Source: Sanchytrium tribonematis (lineage: Eukaryota). Taken from it: a stretch of 64,000 nt of DNA. The DNA is taken from positions 1 through 64,000 of the forward strand of contig JADGIG010000007.1 in the NCBI GenBank assembly GCA_018985235.1. The letters run 5' to 3'. This document shows, piece by piece, positions 32,846 to 43,911 of the stretch. Made by a program: the position numbers and the translations under genes. The stretch's first letter is position 1; each line of letters begins with the position of its first letter. The notes below the pieces were generated by a model that worked only from the letters and a program-made list of their open reading frames with translations, did no database searches and had not been told where the DNA came from.

Positions 32846-34942
32846 TTAACTGCGGTGCTTTAATCTGAAATATAGAAGCTTACTTCTAATTTGAACTTGA
32901 TTCGTACATATTATCAATTCTTTCTCTTGTCTCCAGTCTACTTGTACAGTTTCCAGGTCTAAAATTGTAAAAACGTAGGGCATTATTTCAATAAATTTGC
33001 CGTTTTGAATAAATTCGCTTAAGATAATGTTGGATAGTTCGCGAACAAAAGATTCTTCTTGTTTATGGACCATAAAATGACTGTATACATATTTTAAGCC
33101 TTCCTCTATTTCTGAGTATTTAGCGAAAGCCAGAATAATTTGAAGCAATGAACGATTGAACAGAAATGAGACATTGAAACACAGCAATTCATTAATACTC
33201 AGCAATAGCTTTTGAAGAAGTTTTAAGTCCAATATGTAGGAGACATCTATAACTAGCAGAAGCCTCACGAGTTGATCCATTACAGATTCTTTTTGCAAGC
33301 TATCTCTTCTGCTTATGTTAGATAACAATAAGCTCATACAATCAATTCCATCGTCCACGTGGTCCAAGCTATTTTCTCTTGCTCTTAAAACTTGATAAAC
33401 AATATGTGAGTACGTATTCAGCAGATGATGAACGAGCAATAAAGAATTGTCGTTTTCTATTTTAGAGGTCAACTCAAGGCATTTAAGAACAATGAATGGA
33501 TCATCATTAATAAATTTTTCTTTGGCAATAAATTCAAGTATTAGAATATTGAGTTGCTGATTATCCACTTTAAGTACACCCTCTATAATATCTAATAACG
33601 GCAGCATTGGCAAGTCAATATTTAATATTGTATTAAGCTTCCTGGGATTATTTGTAAACCATTTGCCTAAAATACATCCAACAGTGACCAGATTTTCAGA
33701 ACTCAGTTTTAAACTCAAAATTTTAATGGATCTATATAATTTAGACACTATAAACGATGTGTCCAGATTAGTCATTGAAAGGACACCTAAAACACCATTC
33801 ATTACTTGCGGCTCATTTGCGTAATGATCAATATAGTGTACCGCTAGTTCTATGAGTTCATGTGGATGATTTGAGGTGAGAGCATAACTGTTCCAAATAT
33901 GAGAGGCTAGAAATAACGATTCAAAATTACTTACTTGTGAGATTATGTGAATTGCTTGTGGTTGTGGTGGATAATCAAAAATCATGTCATTCGATAAGGC
34001 ATACATAATGGCCCAATGAAACCAAATAAATTTTTCATTTTCAGCACTCCAATTGTAGACATGATAATGACAAAGGATTTGAGACAAATTAATTAAAACT
34101 CCCAGTAATGTCTCGCTTAACAATCCACTACTATTAGGATCGTCTTCTTCATGTTCCAAGAGTATGTCTACAGTTTTTCCAATCAAAACGTTGATAAAAT
34201 TTGGATCCAAATGAAATTTTGTACAAAATATCACGATGCTTAAAAAATCTTCTAAATCTTCAAATTCTATATCAAATCGATACAGAGTTTGAATGTCTGA
34301 ACTATTCAAAGCATCTTTAAAATATCTGTAACCATAAATTATGTCTTTAAAAGCCAAATTGGCTGTCTTCATCTCATTCAAGCTATTTCTCTTTACTTCA
34401 ATTGGGGCATATTGTAATATATCAATAACAAGTACAGAAAAAGAGCTTAAATACGGTATAACAGCATTCAAATCAAGATCAAGCCTGAGTTCCTTACATT
34501 GTAATAAACAATTGAGACCTTGTTCTGCATTAAAGTTTAATCTTTCAAGAATTATCCGGCACATCACTTCCAAATCCTGTTTATGAATCATTTCAGAATG
34601 TTCTTCTACCAAATAAAACAAAGTCGGGATTTCAATTGTTGTCCATTCGATAGTTGTATTTTGATAAATTTTGAAAATACATTCTCCATGTAATTGGTGT
34701 AGCTTGTTGTTGATATACTGAGGCCTATTATGCAAAATGATTCCGAGATATTCTTGGATCTTGCTATCGGTTTGATGATGAACCACCGACTTGAGTCTAT
34801 TTAAAATTATGTAGAGTAACGGATCTGAACAGCCGAGTAAATTATAATAATGAGCATCGATGTATGGATAATAATTGACAATTTCTTGCTGAGAATGTTG
34901 CATGTCGCTGGCAAGCAATTCTAAATGCATTGGCACATCCAT
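32846..34942 (-). CDS. Hypothetical leucine-rich alpha-solenoid (HEAT/ARM-like) protein
   Basis: About 700-aa ORF, first ATG 34942; composition only. Confidence 0.6.
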   Translation of the reverse strand: MDVPMHLELLASDMQHSQQEIVNYYPYIDAHYYNLLGCSDPLLYIILNRLKSVVHHQTDSKIQEYLGIILHNRPQYINNKLHQLHGECIFKIYQNTTIEWTTIEIPTLFYLVEEHSEMIHKQDLEVMCRIILERLNFNAEQGLNCLLQCKELRLDLDLNAVIPYLSSFSVLVIDILQYAPIEVKRNSLNEMKTANLAFKDIIYGYRYFKDALNSSDIQTLYRFDIEFEDLEDFLSIVIFCTKFHLDPNFINVLIGKTVDILLEHEEDDPNSSGLLSETLLGVLINLSQILCHYHVYNWSAENEKFIWFHWAIMYALSNDMIFDYPPQPQAIHIISQVSNFESLFLASHIWNSYALTSNHPHELIELAVHYIDHYANEPQVMNGVLGVLSMTNLDTSFIVSKLYRSIKILSLKLSSENLVTVGCILGKWFTNNPRKLNTILNIDLPMLPLLDIIEGVLKVDNQQLNILILEFIAKEKFINDDPFIVLKCLELTSKIENDNSLLLVHHLLNTYSHIVYQVLRARENSLDHVDDGIDCMSLLLSNISRRDSLQKESVMDQLVRLLLVIDVSYILDLKLLQKLLLSINELLCFNVSFLFNRSLLQIILAFAKYSEIEEGLKYVYSHFMVHKQEESFVRELSNIILSEFIQNGKFIEIMPYVFTILDLETVQVDWRQEKELIICTNQVQIRSKLLYFRLKHRS

Positions 34943-34976
34943 TTGAGTAAAAATTTCGCAACTTAGGGGATTGCTA

Positions 34977-35378
34977 ATGCGACAACAAATACAAACCGCT
35001 TTTAAAGAAGCATTTAAAAGCAAAGATAAATTAAGACTAAATGCAATCAAGCAAATAAATGCGCAACTCCAGCTCGCAGATAAGAAAAAACACCTAAGTG
35101 ACTCTGAAATTCAAGACTTAATTTTAAAATTGGTGAAGCAAAGGGAAGAATCTATACAACAGTTTTCTAAATCTGATCGCGAGGATCTCAAGGAAATTGA
35201 GGTTCGAGAAAAAAATGTCTTTCTTGAATTTTTGCCAAAGCAATTGACAAAATCAGAAATCGTCCAAATTTTGGAAACAATGAAAGGCAAATCCATTAAA
35301 GACATAATGAAAGAATTTCCTTATTCCAACTCAGTGGCACCTAGAAAACTCATAAAGCAAATATTAGATGAAAAGTAA
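34977..35378 (+). CDS. AIM41: YqeY/Aim41-like protein
   Basis: K.A.KSKDK.RL..IK, KQREESIQQF...REDL...E..E...L.EFLPKQL. Confidence 0.85.
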   Translation: MRQQIQTAFKEAFKSKDKLRLNAIKQINAQLQLADKKKHLSDSEIQDLILKLVKQREESIQQFSKSDREDLKEIEVREKNVFLEFLPKQLTKSEIVQILETMKGKSIKDIMKEFPYSNSVAPRKLIKQILDEK

Positions 35379-35389
35379 ATTTATTAATT

Positions 35390-35939
35390 TTACATCAAAT
35401 GGCAGCAGCTATTGGTTTTTTGAGCTTGTTTATAAAAAGTCTTTGATGTGTTTGACAGAACCTCCGATTTGGTTACCAAATCGTCTAATCTACGTAAATT
35501 TTAAATACTTTTGGCCTCTTTCAAGAACTGAATTTATAGTGTCATGTAAAACAACTTTAGTCTCATCCAACTCTTTTTGCACTCCTAATAATTGATCTAC
35601 TTGCTCTGGTTTCTGGTATTCTTTCAGAAGTGCCTCAATTTGACTCGCTGTCAAGGCTTTTGTAAGCAAATGATATGCCACTCTTGATGGATAGGACTGA
35701 TCTGTAATGCATACAGCCACATCTCCAGATTGACAATAACAATGGATCATGTAAGTGTCTTGCTTCACGGATTGTCTCTGGCCAGGTAGGGTCCTGTCAG
35801 CAATAGTTTTCGCAGCAAAATTCATAAATTCTTGAACACTTGATCTTTGAAAGTAAGAAAAATCATAGAGGTCGAATGCAGATTGCTTCACTTTGCAGTC
35901 TGGTTTTGGAGAAAATGTTATCACACCATATAATTTCAT
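35390..35939 (-). CDS. YKT6: R-SNARE Ykt6; exons 35939-35509 and 35489-35390
   Basis: [17 protein letters not shown], spliced LERGQKLDDLV...KTNSCCHLM. Confidence 0.97.
35490..35508 (-). other. 19-nt intron (YKT6), phase 2
   Basis: gtatttaaaatttacgtag; restores RGQ-K-LDDLV and the CCAAX tail. Confidence 0.96.
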
Positions 35940-36014
35940 TATGAAACAGGGATTTGCATTGTTTTGGATTTATAAAATTAAGAGTTACCCAATCATACGG
36001 AGATATATATATTA

Positions 36015-37763
36015 CTACCGTTTGGCTGGATTTTTTACTTCGGACTCGCTAAGATTGAATGGCTTCTGTATATCTCTTCTAACTGGAGTTTTGTATTGTG
36101 CTTGGATTTGTGCAAAAGGAAGATCCAGAGTTTCATTGATTAGCAATGGGTCTGTGATAGACCTTCGAGAAATTGGATTTGGATTTGGTTTTTGGTATGG
36201 CTTTTGTTCTTTTCCTTTATTCTCTGGGCTTGGTTGAAAGACCTTCGAATGTTTTGGAACTTCCAAGTGAATAGATTGCTTTAATAAACTTAAGACTTTG
36301 TCATTATTTTCAGCCTTCAAATGTTCTTCATCAAGCTCCCACTGAGGATAATCTTTTTTGAAATTAAGCATACTGGCAACCATTTTGTTATCCTGCTCCG
36401 CTTCGGACATCTCAAAGCAAGCAAATTTGCACACAATTCCCAAATCTTGGTGATCAATCGCTATGTTCCGTAAAAAATCAATGATTTCTTCGGATTTGTC
36501 GTGAAAAGTGGTCCATAAAATGTAGGGTGTAGCCAATAAACTCAGAATTTCATGAAACAGAACCTCGAATTTTAGTGGGAACAGAGTGCAAAATTCTCTA
36601 AATGTTTTCTTAGTATGAAGTTGATTATTCCACCTCTTTGGGCAATACTGTATATTCTCAACGACTTTTAAAATATGCTGATCAGGCGAAAATGAGATGT
36701 GCTCTGCTGGTATCATATTTCTGGTAATAGCTATTAAACTTCCAAGTAAGCCAATATAAAATAATGGCGTTTGATCATATATGATTACATGAGTTAGAAA
36801 TTCTTGATTTAAAAAAGCTAAAAATAAAATTATTGTTAGCAAGGCACTGCAAACAAATGCAAAAAATCTTGCTAGAGCAATTGTAAATTCATTTGGAAAT
36901 TGGCTGACGTACTCAACGGCATGCTCAAACGAATTGTTTAGACGTTGCTGGAATAAATGTGGCAATTCGTTGTACTGACGAAGAAGATATTTAGAGTATC
37001 GAGAGTATTGACGAGATAAGACCGTCCCGGGAGAGCGCTTGATTTCTTCTGCATATCTAAAAAATATATACATCAAAAGAAATACAGCAATCAATGGCAG
37101 TAAAATACCATTTATAACAGCCATAGCTTTAAATCTCTTCTTCAATTTTTCTGTGAGTTGATCTTCAGATTGATGAAGAAAAGCGTTGTTACCCAAAAGC
37201 CCTAAAATGCAGGCAGTCAAATTCCATTCCAATGATAATCCGAAAATAGACATATTTCCAACTTTCATTGAAGGATCCATGTGATTAAATAGTGCGATCA
37301 TAAAATTTTCCTTCTTCATGATTGACTGAACAAGAAAATCTTCTGTTTGGTCTTTCGCAGCAAATTCAGCATGATTGTTTACAACATGAATTATCTTTTT
37401 AGCCACAAAATCCCAAGATACAGTGCTCAAATCTTCATCCGGAATGTTCAAATAGTCATTATAAAAATCGTGCATTCGAAGAGTAGTAGGAATATTTTGC
37501 AAAAATTGTATAACTTGTAAAATAAAGAATATAAAAAATGACCATAGAAACATAAGCCATATCACTGGTATTTTATACCAGCATTGCTCAATAAGTATAG
37601 ATTTGTCGTCCAAATGAAGCAAGTGCTTATAATCGATGCACGAGATAAGAAATGTACTGCAAGCCATAATGAAAACCAGGACGCATAGTTCTAAAAACAT
37701 GCTTAAAAGTTTGACTCTGCCTCTTTTCAAGTAATATTCGTAGGCAGCCAAGTAAATGTCCAT
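36015..37763 (-). CDS. ATG9: Autophagy protein Atg9
   Basis: Y.YY...G, IMKKENFMIALFN, LEWNL, RQYNELPHLF..RL, TPYILW, G.VC.FA.F. Confidence 0.93.
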   Translation of the reverse strand: MDIYLAAYEYYLKRGRVKLLSMFLELCVLVFIMACSTFLISCIDYKHLLHLDDKSILIEQCWYKIPVIWLMFLWSFFIFFILQVIQFLQNIPTTLRMHDFYNDYLNIPDEDLSTVSWDFVAKKIIHVVNNHAEFAAKDQTEDFLVQSIMKKENFMIALFNHMDPSMKVGNMSIFGLSLEWNLTACILGLLGNNAFLHQSEDQLTEKLKKRFKAMAVINGILLPLIAVFLLMYIFFRYAEEIKRSPGTVLSRQYSRYSKYLLRQYNELPHLFQQRLNNSFEHAVEYVSQFPNEFTIALARFFAFVCSALLTIILFLAFLNQEFLTHVIIYDQTPLFYIGLLGSLIAITRNMIPAEHISFSPDQHILKVVENIQYCPKRWNNQLHTKKTFREFCTLFPLKFEVLFHEILSLLATPYILWTTFHDKSEEIIDFLRNIAIDHQDLGIVCKFACFEMSEAEQDNKMVASMLNFKKDYPQWELDEEHLKAENNDKVLSLLKQSIHLEVPKHSKVFQPSPENKGKEQKPYQKPNPNPISRRSITDPLLINETLDLPFAQIQAQYKTPVRRDIQKPFNLSESEVKNPAKR

Positions 37764-37796
37764 TTATAATATTAGAAACAGGAGTATCGCAATCAT

Positions 37797-38342
37797 TTAT
37801 TCCAGATTTGCATTTTCCGGATTCTTGTTTTTAGAAAGCATATCTTTCAGCTGATTTATATCAGAAATAAGCTCCTTAACAATCTTATCTTGCTCAGTCG
37901 CATTTCTGGTGACAGATTCTTCAAGTTTTTGAAATTCGATAGTCATATCATTTATATTTTTGTTGTTCTCTATTATATTATTATTGATTGTTGATATGAC
38001 ATTATCTACATCATTTGACATCTCCTCTAGTTCTTTTTGCATTTGTCCAATTTGATTATTAGCTTGACCAATATGTTCATCAATTGATTGTTGAATAGGC
38101 TTCACAATCTGATTAAGCGTGTATTGAAATAACGCATATCCAGCGTATATTATTCCTCCTCCTAAAAGAAGTGATACAAAATAATTGTATTTTAAAGGAA
38201 CATAAATTCCAGCCTTTAACAAAGCGTAATAAATTTCCTGTGGTGTAAGTCCTTTTTCCTCCAAGAACCTAACTTGATCCCTAATGTCGTTCTTCTCAGA
38301 CAAAAACTCTATTGCTTGTTTTAATTCAGCTGCGTTGACCAT
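37797..38342 (-). CDS. PEX14: Peroxin Pex14
   Basis: AIEFL...FLEEKGLT..EI..AL, TM segment, coiled coil. Confidence 0.8.
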   Translation of the reverse strand: MVNAAELKQAIEFLSEKNDIRDQVRFLEEKGLTPQEIYYALLKAGIYVPLKYNYFVSLLLGGGIIYAGYALFQYTLNQIVKPIQQSIDEHIGQANNQIGQMQKELEEMSNDVDNVISTINNNIIENNKNINDMTIEFQKLEESVTRNATEQDKIVKELISDINQLKDMLSKNKNPENANLE

Positions 38343-38494
38343 GTTTTGACATTCTCCATGTTATTGGCAAAATTTTCATTTTTGATGAATATTCTAGGCA
38401 ACAAATGTATGACGCTATTGATGTAACAATTTGCTTGGAAAGACAATTTTGATATTAAAATAATTTACAGTAAGGGGTAAAGTTAATACACAAA

Positions 38495-39116
38495 ATGGAC
38501 GACGAATTTGTGGATATAGTTGGCGACACGGATGAAGAAATCATAGATGTAGTAACAATAGACAAAAATCCACCAGACGCTATCCGACCATTAATAAAAT
38601 TCCAGGGATTTACCTGTAAAATTTGTGAGAAGGTCATGAGAGACAAAGCAGGATTAACGAGGTATTTTATTTTTACTCAGACATATGAAAAATCTTCATA
38701 CTAAAAAAGTACCATGCTTTTTTTGTAAAAAAGAATTAAAAACTTTTGGACGATCCGATAGTTTAAGAAGCCATTTGATGACTTGTCAGAGTTTCGTAAA
38801 AATAGTACGACACTACTATGGGGGTGATATTTCAAAGGAAGATTTTAAAACAATAACCTGGAGGTATAGCCTTGAATCTGGAAAGAAAAACCGGTTGCCA
38901 CGGAATTTTGATGAAAGCGATTTACAACAAGTTTGCCAAATTGAATGTGTTTATGATGCTCCCGTCACTGACGTAGAATTATTTCAATTAAACAACCTTG
39001 TCAATCAATATAAATTAACCAAATCTCAATCTAACAATTTTAATCCAAATATACAAAATACTTTATGTGATAACCAAAAATCTACATACTTGAGCATTGA
39101 AAAATCAAATGATTAA
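38495..39116 (+). CDS. C2H2 + C2HC zinc-finger protein; exons 38495-38661 and 38681-39116
   Basis: Spliced CKIC...LTRHMKNLH then CFFC..FGRSDSLRSHLMTC. Confidence 0.8.
38662..38680 (+). other. 19-nt intron (zinc-finger gene), phase 2
   Basis: gtattttatttttactcag; restores LT-R-HMKNLH. Confidence 0.9.
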
Positions 39117-39141
39117 ATGTTCCAATAAAGGTTATGTCTTA

Positions 39142-41474
39142 TTATTCTTCTAATTTTCCATTCATGCAAACGCAATCGCAACCAACTACCGCACAGCTCT
39201 TGTGATGGGCAAACCATTCCATCAAATGATTATAATGTCCCCCGTGTCTACCTAAATTATTAAACATATACAGAGTTGACACCAAACGTAAAATTGGTCG
39301 GTGCTCAGCCCCATCGAATTTGTGTCGACTGGCAAGGAACACAAGCTGCAAAGTGGCAATGATTGCCCGCAATTAGAACAAGCCCCAAACCGTATAGGGT
39401 GTCCCACTTGCTGCTGACGCTGGCCAAAAAATCTACTAGTATTTCTCATAAATTGGTTTGTAGAAAGCAAAGAAAGACCACAAAATTGACATTTCAAGTG
39501 AACCTTACTGGCTTTTACACTCTCAGGATATTTAGCACCATAAATGATATCAAATGAGGCTCTTTGATCATAAAGCTCCCATTTGTTTAAGAAAGACCTA
39601 TATTTCTCAATCCAAGACTTGCAAATATCTAAATGGCTCGATGGTATAGAATCTACTTGGAGACAAGCTAAAACAACAGTTTGCAAATCGCCTGTGTAGT
39701 CCACATAATTCTGAAATAAACGAAATGCATCTTCTGAACTAGTACCCGTCAGAAATAATCCAAATAGACTACCCTGCTGTATTTTCAGTTCTGTTTCTCG
39801 TTTTAGATAAAGATTTAAACTTTCATTGTCGAGATATCTCATTGCAATGTAAATTTTGTCAACTAAAGGTAAATTAGGTATATCAAGCACCGGTATCCAA
39901 TTAAATTCATACAAGAAAATCAACATTGCTTTCAGAAAAGGACAAGACGCTCTATCTGCCAAAACTTTAAGATTGGCTGAAGCTGGGCTTTTTAGCGAGT
40001 AGCCTAATATGACAGTCCCAATCAATTGCAAATTAGAGTCATTGCTATTTATCAAACAGTTTGTGCATGAATATAAATCACTGGCAAAAAAGTATCGCGC
40101 AGCGGCCTCTGCGATTCTTCCATGATCAACCAGTTCTTCGAGAGACTTGGAAAAAAGAGTTTCTGTATCTGGATAGCCCAAAAACAAAAGCGCTCTTAGT
40201 CTTACAGATGATGTAATGATATTATCAAATGGAGCATCCAACAAAGTTAATTCTTCATCATTGGCATCCTGGCTTGATTGCATCATTCCAATTAATCCAC
40301 TGTTGATATATTTAAATTCGTCCAAATCTTTCATCGATGATAGATAGGCCATCCAATTCCAGAAATGGACTACTTGGCTATCGCTAGATCCAAAAATTGG
40401 ATGAGAATACATACCGATATCATTCTCTTTATTCATAATACGGGCGTTAATCATAGCACTAGGCCCGTATCCAGACACTGCTCTTTCTTTCATGACTAAT
40501 TGAATATCTTTAATTTCATTTTCAATCAAAAATTTTGTCATTGATGTCGGACATATTGCTTGAGACGATTTAAATGAACAAACTAAGGGTTCTTGATCCC
40601 AGCTGATTTTTTGGACAAGTTCATATTCATTGGCGAGGGACAATTTTTTCTCACAAATAAATAATGGATGCTTGGATGAAATTTTGGAAACACCAAAACT
40701 GAAAGACAATATTGTAGAATTTTTGTGTTTTTCTTCGTAAGATTGATAAAGCTTGAGAATGGGCTCATTGTCAACTCTGTGAATGTCCCAGAATTTCATT
40801 GATTTTGTGTCTTTTGAAAGGGCTCCTACTATAGAACTTCTGCTTTTCGAGTAATCCATTTTTACACAGTTTCTAAAATTTAAAGAATACACTTCTTGTA
40901 ATGGATTACGGATATCCCATATTTTAATTGCATCGTCATTTCGACTCATAAATCCAAAATCACAAAACGGATCTTTTTGAATACCAAAACATGCTTTTGT
41001 CGAGTAGGTTACAGCTGGATCGTCTTTTCTTGTATCGTAAATTCTAACAAACTTGTTATTTAGACCAGATATGATAACGCTTGCATCTCTCCATGCTGCC
41101 GAGCAACAGTGGTCAGATATCCCAAATTCGAATTCTTTTAAACCATCATACGTCGATACCACAACACTCGGCTCATTGCGACTTCTTTCAAAAGCGATCA
41201 CCAATTTCCCGTTTAAGTCAACTGTGGATATAGGGCGTGGTGTGCCCGAAATAGCTTTTATCATTTCAAATTTTTTGGACAGATCATATATCATCACCGT
41301 TCCATTACTTAATCCTGTTGCAAATATGTTTTCAGTAAGAGCTGTTGTTCTTGTCAAGGCGTGCAACGGGTAAGATGATATTTTTGCCTCATTTTGATAT
41401 TGATCCAACCTATGAGAAGATACTACAAAAACGGAATCATCAGTACAATGCAGATTTAATTTCCTGTAGTTCAT
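39142..41474 (-). CDS. MIOS: GATOR2/SEA subunit Mios/Sea4; exons 41474-39272 and 39251-39142
   Basis: WD40 N-terminus, MKERA..GY, YVD.TGDLQT, LP.CSLC, spliced WCQLCRHGGH..H..EWF. Confidence 0.93.
39252..39271 (-). other. 20-nt intron (MIOS), phase 1
   Basis: gtatatgtttaataatttag; restores WCQL-C-RHGGH. Confidence 0.95.
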
Positions 41475-41832
41475 GGTTTCAAAAATTCAAAATTGTGATC
41501 CTTTAAAATTGGCACTTTTCCTCACTAATTCTAGTTGCCAATGTAATTTTAACCCGTGGTTCCTGTATAGTATCAATAGATCACTGAATCAAATTAAAAC
41601 CTAGAAAAAACGACGTAATGCCACAACAGCATAGATAGGTTTTCAATTATTTAATAATTAATTTAGAGTAAATAAATCGACAGTGAGGCTATTGCTACAA
41701 AAAAATCTGAAGTATAAAATACAGTTCTTTGGAGCAATTATAGGAATTTAATAAGAAAGCGTCAGCTGATTGGCTCCTACGCTTATTGGTTTTATTTCAA
41801 TTGAAGGGACCAAAACAACCAAAAAAACAAAT

Positions 41833-42549
41833 ATGAAATTCTTCAAGTCGAAAAAACCCAAAACAACAACCGAAAGCATCCAAACACAAACCGAAGATAA
41901 AAAACTTTCAAATTGCTGTGTACAGACAGACTCCTATATTTTGGAGCCAAATTTGTTTTTCGAGGAAAATGAAAGAGGCAAGAGGGTGTCTTTTAGCGAC
42001 TCAAAGAATTATTTGTCAAGTGATTCTCTTCCTTCTAAAATTGACCAAAATCCCAACATTCCAGCTATGCAAAAGAAATTGACTCGGTCAACACTTGCAT
42101 TGGAGCCTTTGAGTGAAACCAGTGAGTCTCTCAATGACGAGGATGAAACTGTTGATTCGTTTAACAAAATTACCAATGTTTTTGATCAGTGTGAACAGCT
42201 TTTCATAAAAGCGATTGCAGATGAAGACGATAAGCCCCTAATAAGTGACCCAAGGATGTTGTCTCCGGTGTCCTCTTTTAAATCAACGCCTTATCCAAAT
42301 CTTTCAAGATCCAAAAGCGCGCGTCTTCCAAAATCAAATTTAATTAGCCAGATTGACGTTAAAAAAAAACAGGGACAATTAAATCGTGTCAATTCTCTTC
42401 GAATTCCATCTACTTCACACAAGCACAATAGCATAAATAGATCAAATTCCCTTTTGGTCGCCAAGAAGCGCGATTCGGCAAATTCCTTGCTTACACCAGA
42501 AAAGAATGACTACATCAGAAATTGGGCATTGAAGTCAACTTATGATTAA
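41833..42549 (+). CDS. Hypothetical Ser-rich disordered protein
   Basis: ORF from MKFFKSKK; contains IQTQT and KRVSF short motifs. Confidence 0.6.
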   Translation: MKFFKSKKPKTTTESIQTQTEDKKLSNCCVQTDSYILEPNLFFEENERGKRVSFSDSKNYLSSDSLPSKIDQNPNIPAMQKKLTRSTLALEPLSETSESLNDEDETVDSFNKITNVFDQCEQLFIKAIADEDDKPLISDPRMLSPVSSFKSTPYPNLSRSKSARLPKSNLISQIDVKKKQGQLNRVNSLRIPSTSHKHNSINRSNSLLVAKKRDSANSLLTPEKNDYIRNWALKSTYD

Positions 42550-42554
42550 ATTTA

Positions 42555-43340
42555 TTATCCAGTCAAGTCATAGCAATCCTGGGGAATCTTAATTGACCTT
42601 CCTTGCCACCTAGCTAAAGATTGCGGGATGGGATTTTCAACGTCAATGAGTTTTTGTGATAAAATTCCAACCACATCTCCTTCCTTTAGTCCAAGGTGCT
42701 GAATTTCCGGCGTCGACTTAGAAATTTTAGCGATTGGAATATGTAATAAATAATTAGCAATTCGTCGAATAAAGTATATGGTACCTATAATGCTAAGTAA
42801 TAATTTGAATGTGTTCCAATTTTTATCTTTGTTTTTAATATATTTTTTAAACTCTTCTTTGTTTATAATTGGCTTGTTGCCATATAATTCTTTGAAAGCA
42901 TTTTTAAAATTTAAATTTTTAAGCTGCAAAATAGCATTTCTAGCATTATCTCCAAACTCAAAAAGCTTACTCTTGGCAGATTCAATCTGAGAATGCATAC
43001 CTATGAAAATATAAACAATATTCATAATAAACTGATACGAACTTTCCAATACATGAGCAGTTGAATAAAAAGTTGATATTATAGCTTGAAATGTTTGCAA
43101 TTTTGCTAGCACAGGACTTCCAGCATTGAAGTTAGTATTTAAGCCGTACCCCCCATAATTGTTGAAAGAGTTGTAACCACCTCCGAAATTAGAGAAAGAA
43201 TTTAATCCTCCATTTAAGCCAATTGGATTAGAGTAACCTGAGGCATAGTTGGAATGATTATATGTCACATCTCTTGTATTTAAGTTCGAAGTCGTAGGGC
43301 CGAGATGGTCTGATTCCCATGGTTTTGCAGGACTTGCCAT
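42555..43340 (-). CDS. PEX13: Peroxin Pex13
   Basis: MASPAKPWE, Y/G/N-rich region, AHVLESSY, degenerate SH3 (L.LKEGDVV.IL). Confidence 0.75.
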   Translation of the reverse strand: MASPAKPWESDHLGPTTSNLNTRDVTYNHSNYASGYSNPIGLNGGLNSFSNFGGGYNSFNNYGGYGLNTNFNAGSPVLAKLQTFQAIISTFYSTAHVLESSYQFIMNIVYIFIGMHSQIESAKSKLFEFGDNARNAILQLKNLNFKNAFKELYGNKPIINKEEFKKYIKNKDKNWNTFKLLLSIIGTIYFIRRIANYLLHIPIAKISKSTPEIQHLGLKEGDVVGILSQKLIDVENPIPQSLARWQGRSIKIPQDCYDLTG

Positions 43341-43487
43341 TTCGTTTCAAGATGTACAATTTAGAATGTAATTGGTCGAAGACAAAACAGACTTTTGAGT
43401 TCTAATTTTAAGACAATGCCATTGGCTTAAAAACCTGGTATCAGACAAAATTTATTATAAAGTTGGAAAGAACCTCACATTTCATCA

Positions 43488-43883
43488 ATGACTACTGACA
43501 ACAAACCAAAATCATTACAAAATGAGGAAAAACTAATTGTGGGTCAAAAAGACTTGCCGAGTCAAGAATCTGGGACCAAAAAGAAAGCGGAATCCAATAA
43601 GCCTATTGAAAATGAAGAAAAAGTGGAAGACATTGCAGTCGGTACAGAGAAAAAGGAAAAAGATGCAGAAGATACAGAAGATACTGTTGAGAAGAAAGTT
43701 GAGAAAAAGGAAGAATTGAGTGAAATCACGGCAGAGGAATCCAAGCAAGGAGGCCAGCAGGACGATGACATTGCAATTGGGAAAGAAACTATTAAAGCTC
43801 CTTCATTGGAAGAGAAGTCTCAAAATAAGCGAAAAGTTGAAGAATCTGCTTCAAACACTAAGAAAATCAAATTAGAGGAATAA
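43488..43883 (+). CDS. Small E/K-rich low-complexity protein
   Basis: 131-aa ORF with a possible bipartite NLS at the C-terminus. Confidence 0.6.
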   Translation: MTTDNKPKSLQNEEKLIVGQKDLPSQESGTKKKAESNKPIENEEKVEDIAVGTEKKEKDAEDTEDTVEKKVEKKEELSEITAEESKQGGQQDDDIAIGKETIKAPSLEEKSQNKRKVEESASNTKKIKLEE

Positions 43884-43911
43884 AAGATTAAATTTAATTT
43901 CTTTTTCAATA

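Noticed and set aside
37797..43340. Functional clustering (PEX14 with PEX13; Rac, PAK and RhoGAP)
   Set aside because: Unrelated genes intervene, and with about 55 housekeeping genes per window such pairs can arise by chance.
43488..43883. Multiple overlapping ORFs on both strands
   Set aside because: Purine-rich low-complexity E/K coding sequence leaves other frames open; they are shadow ORFs like the other short nested ORFs in the track.
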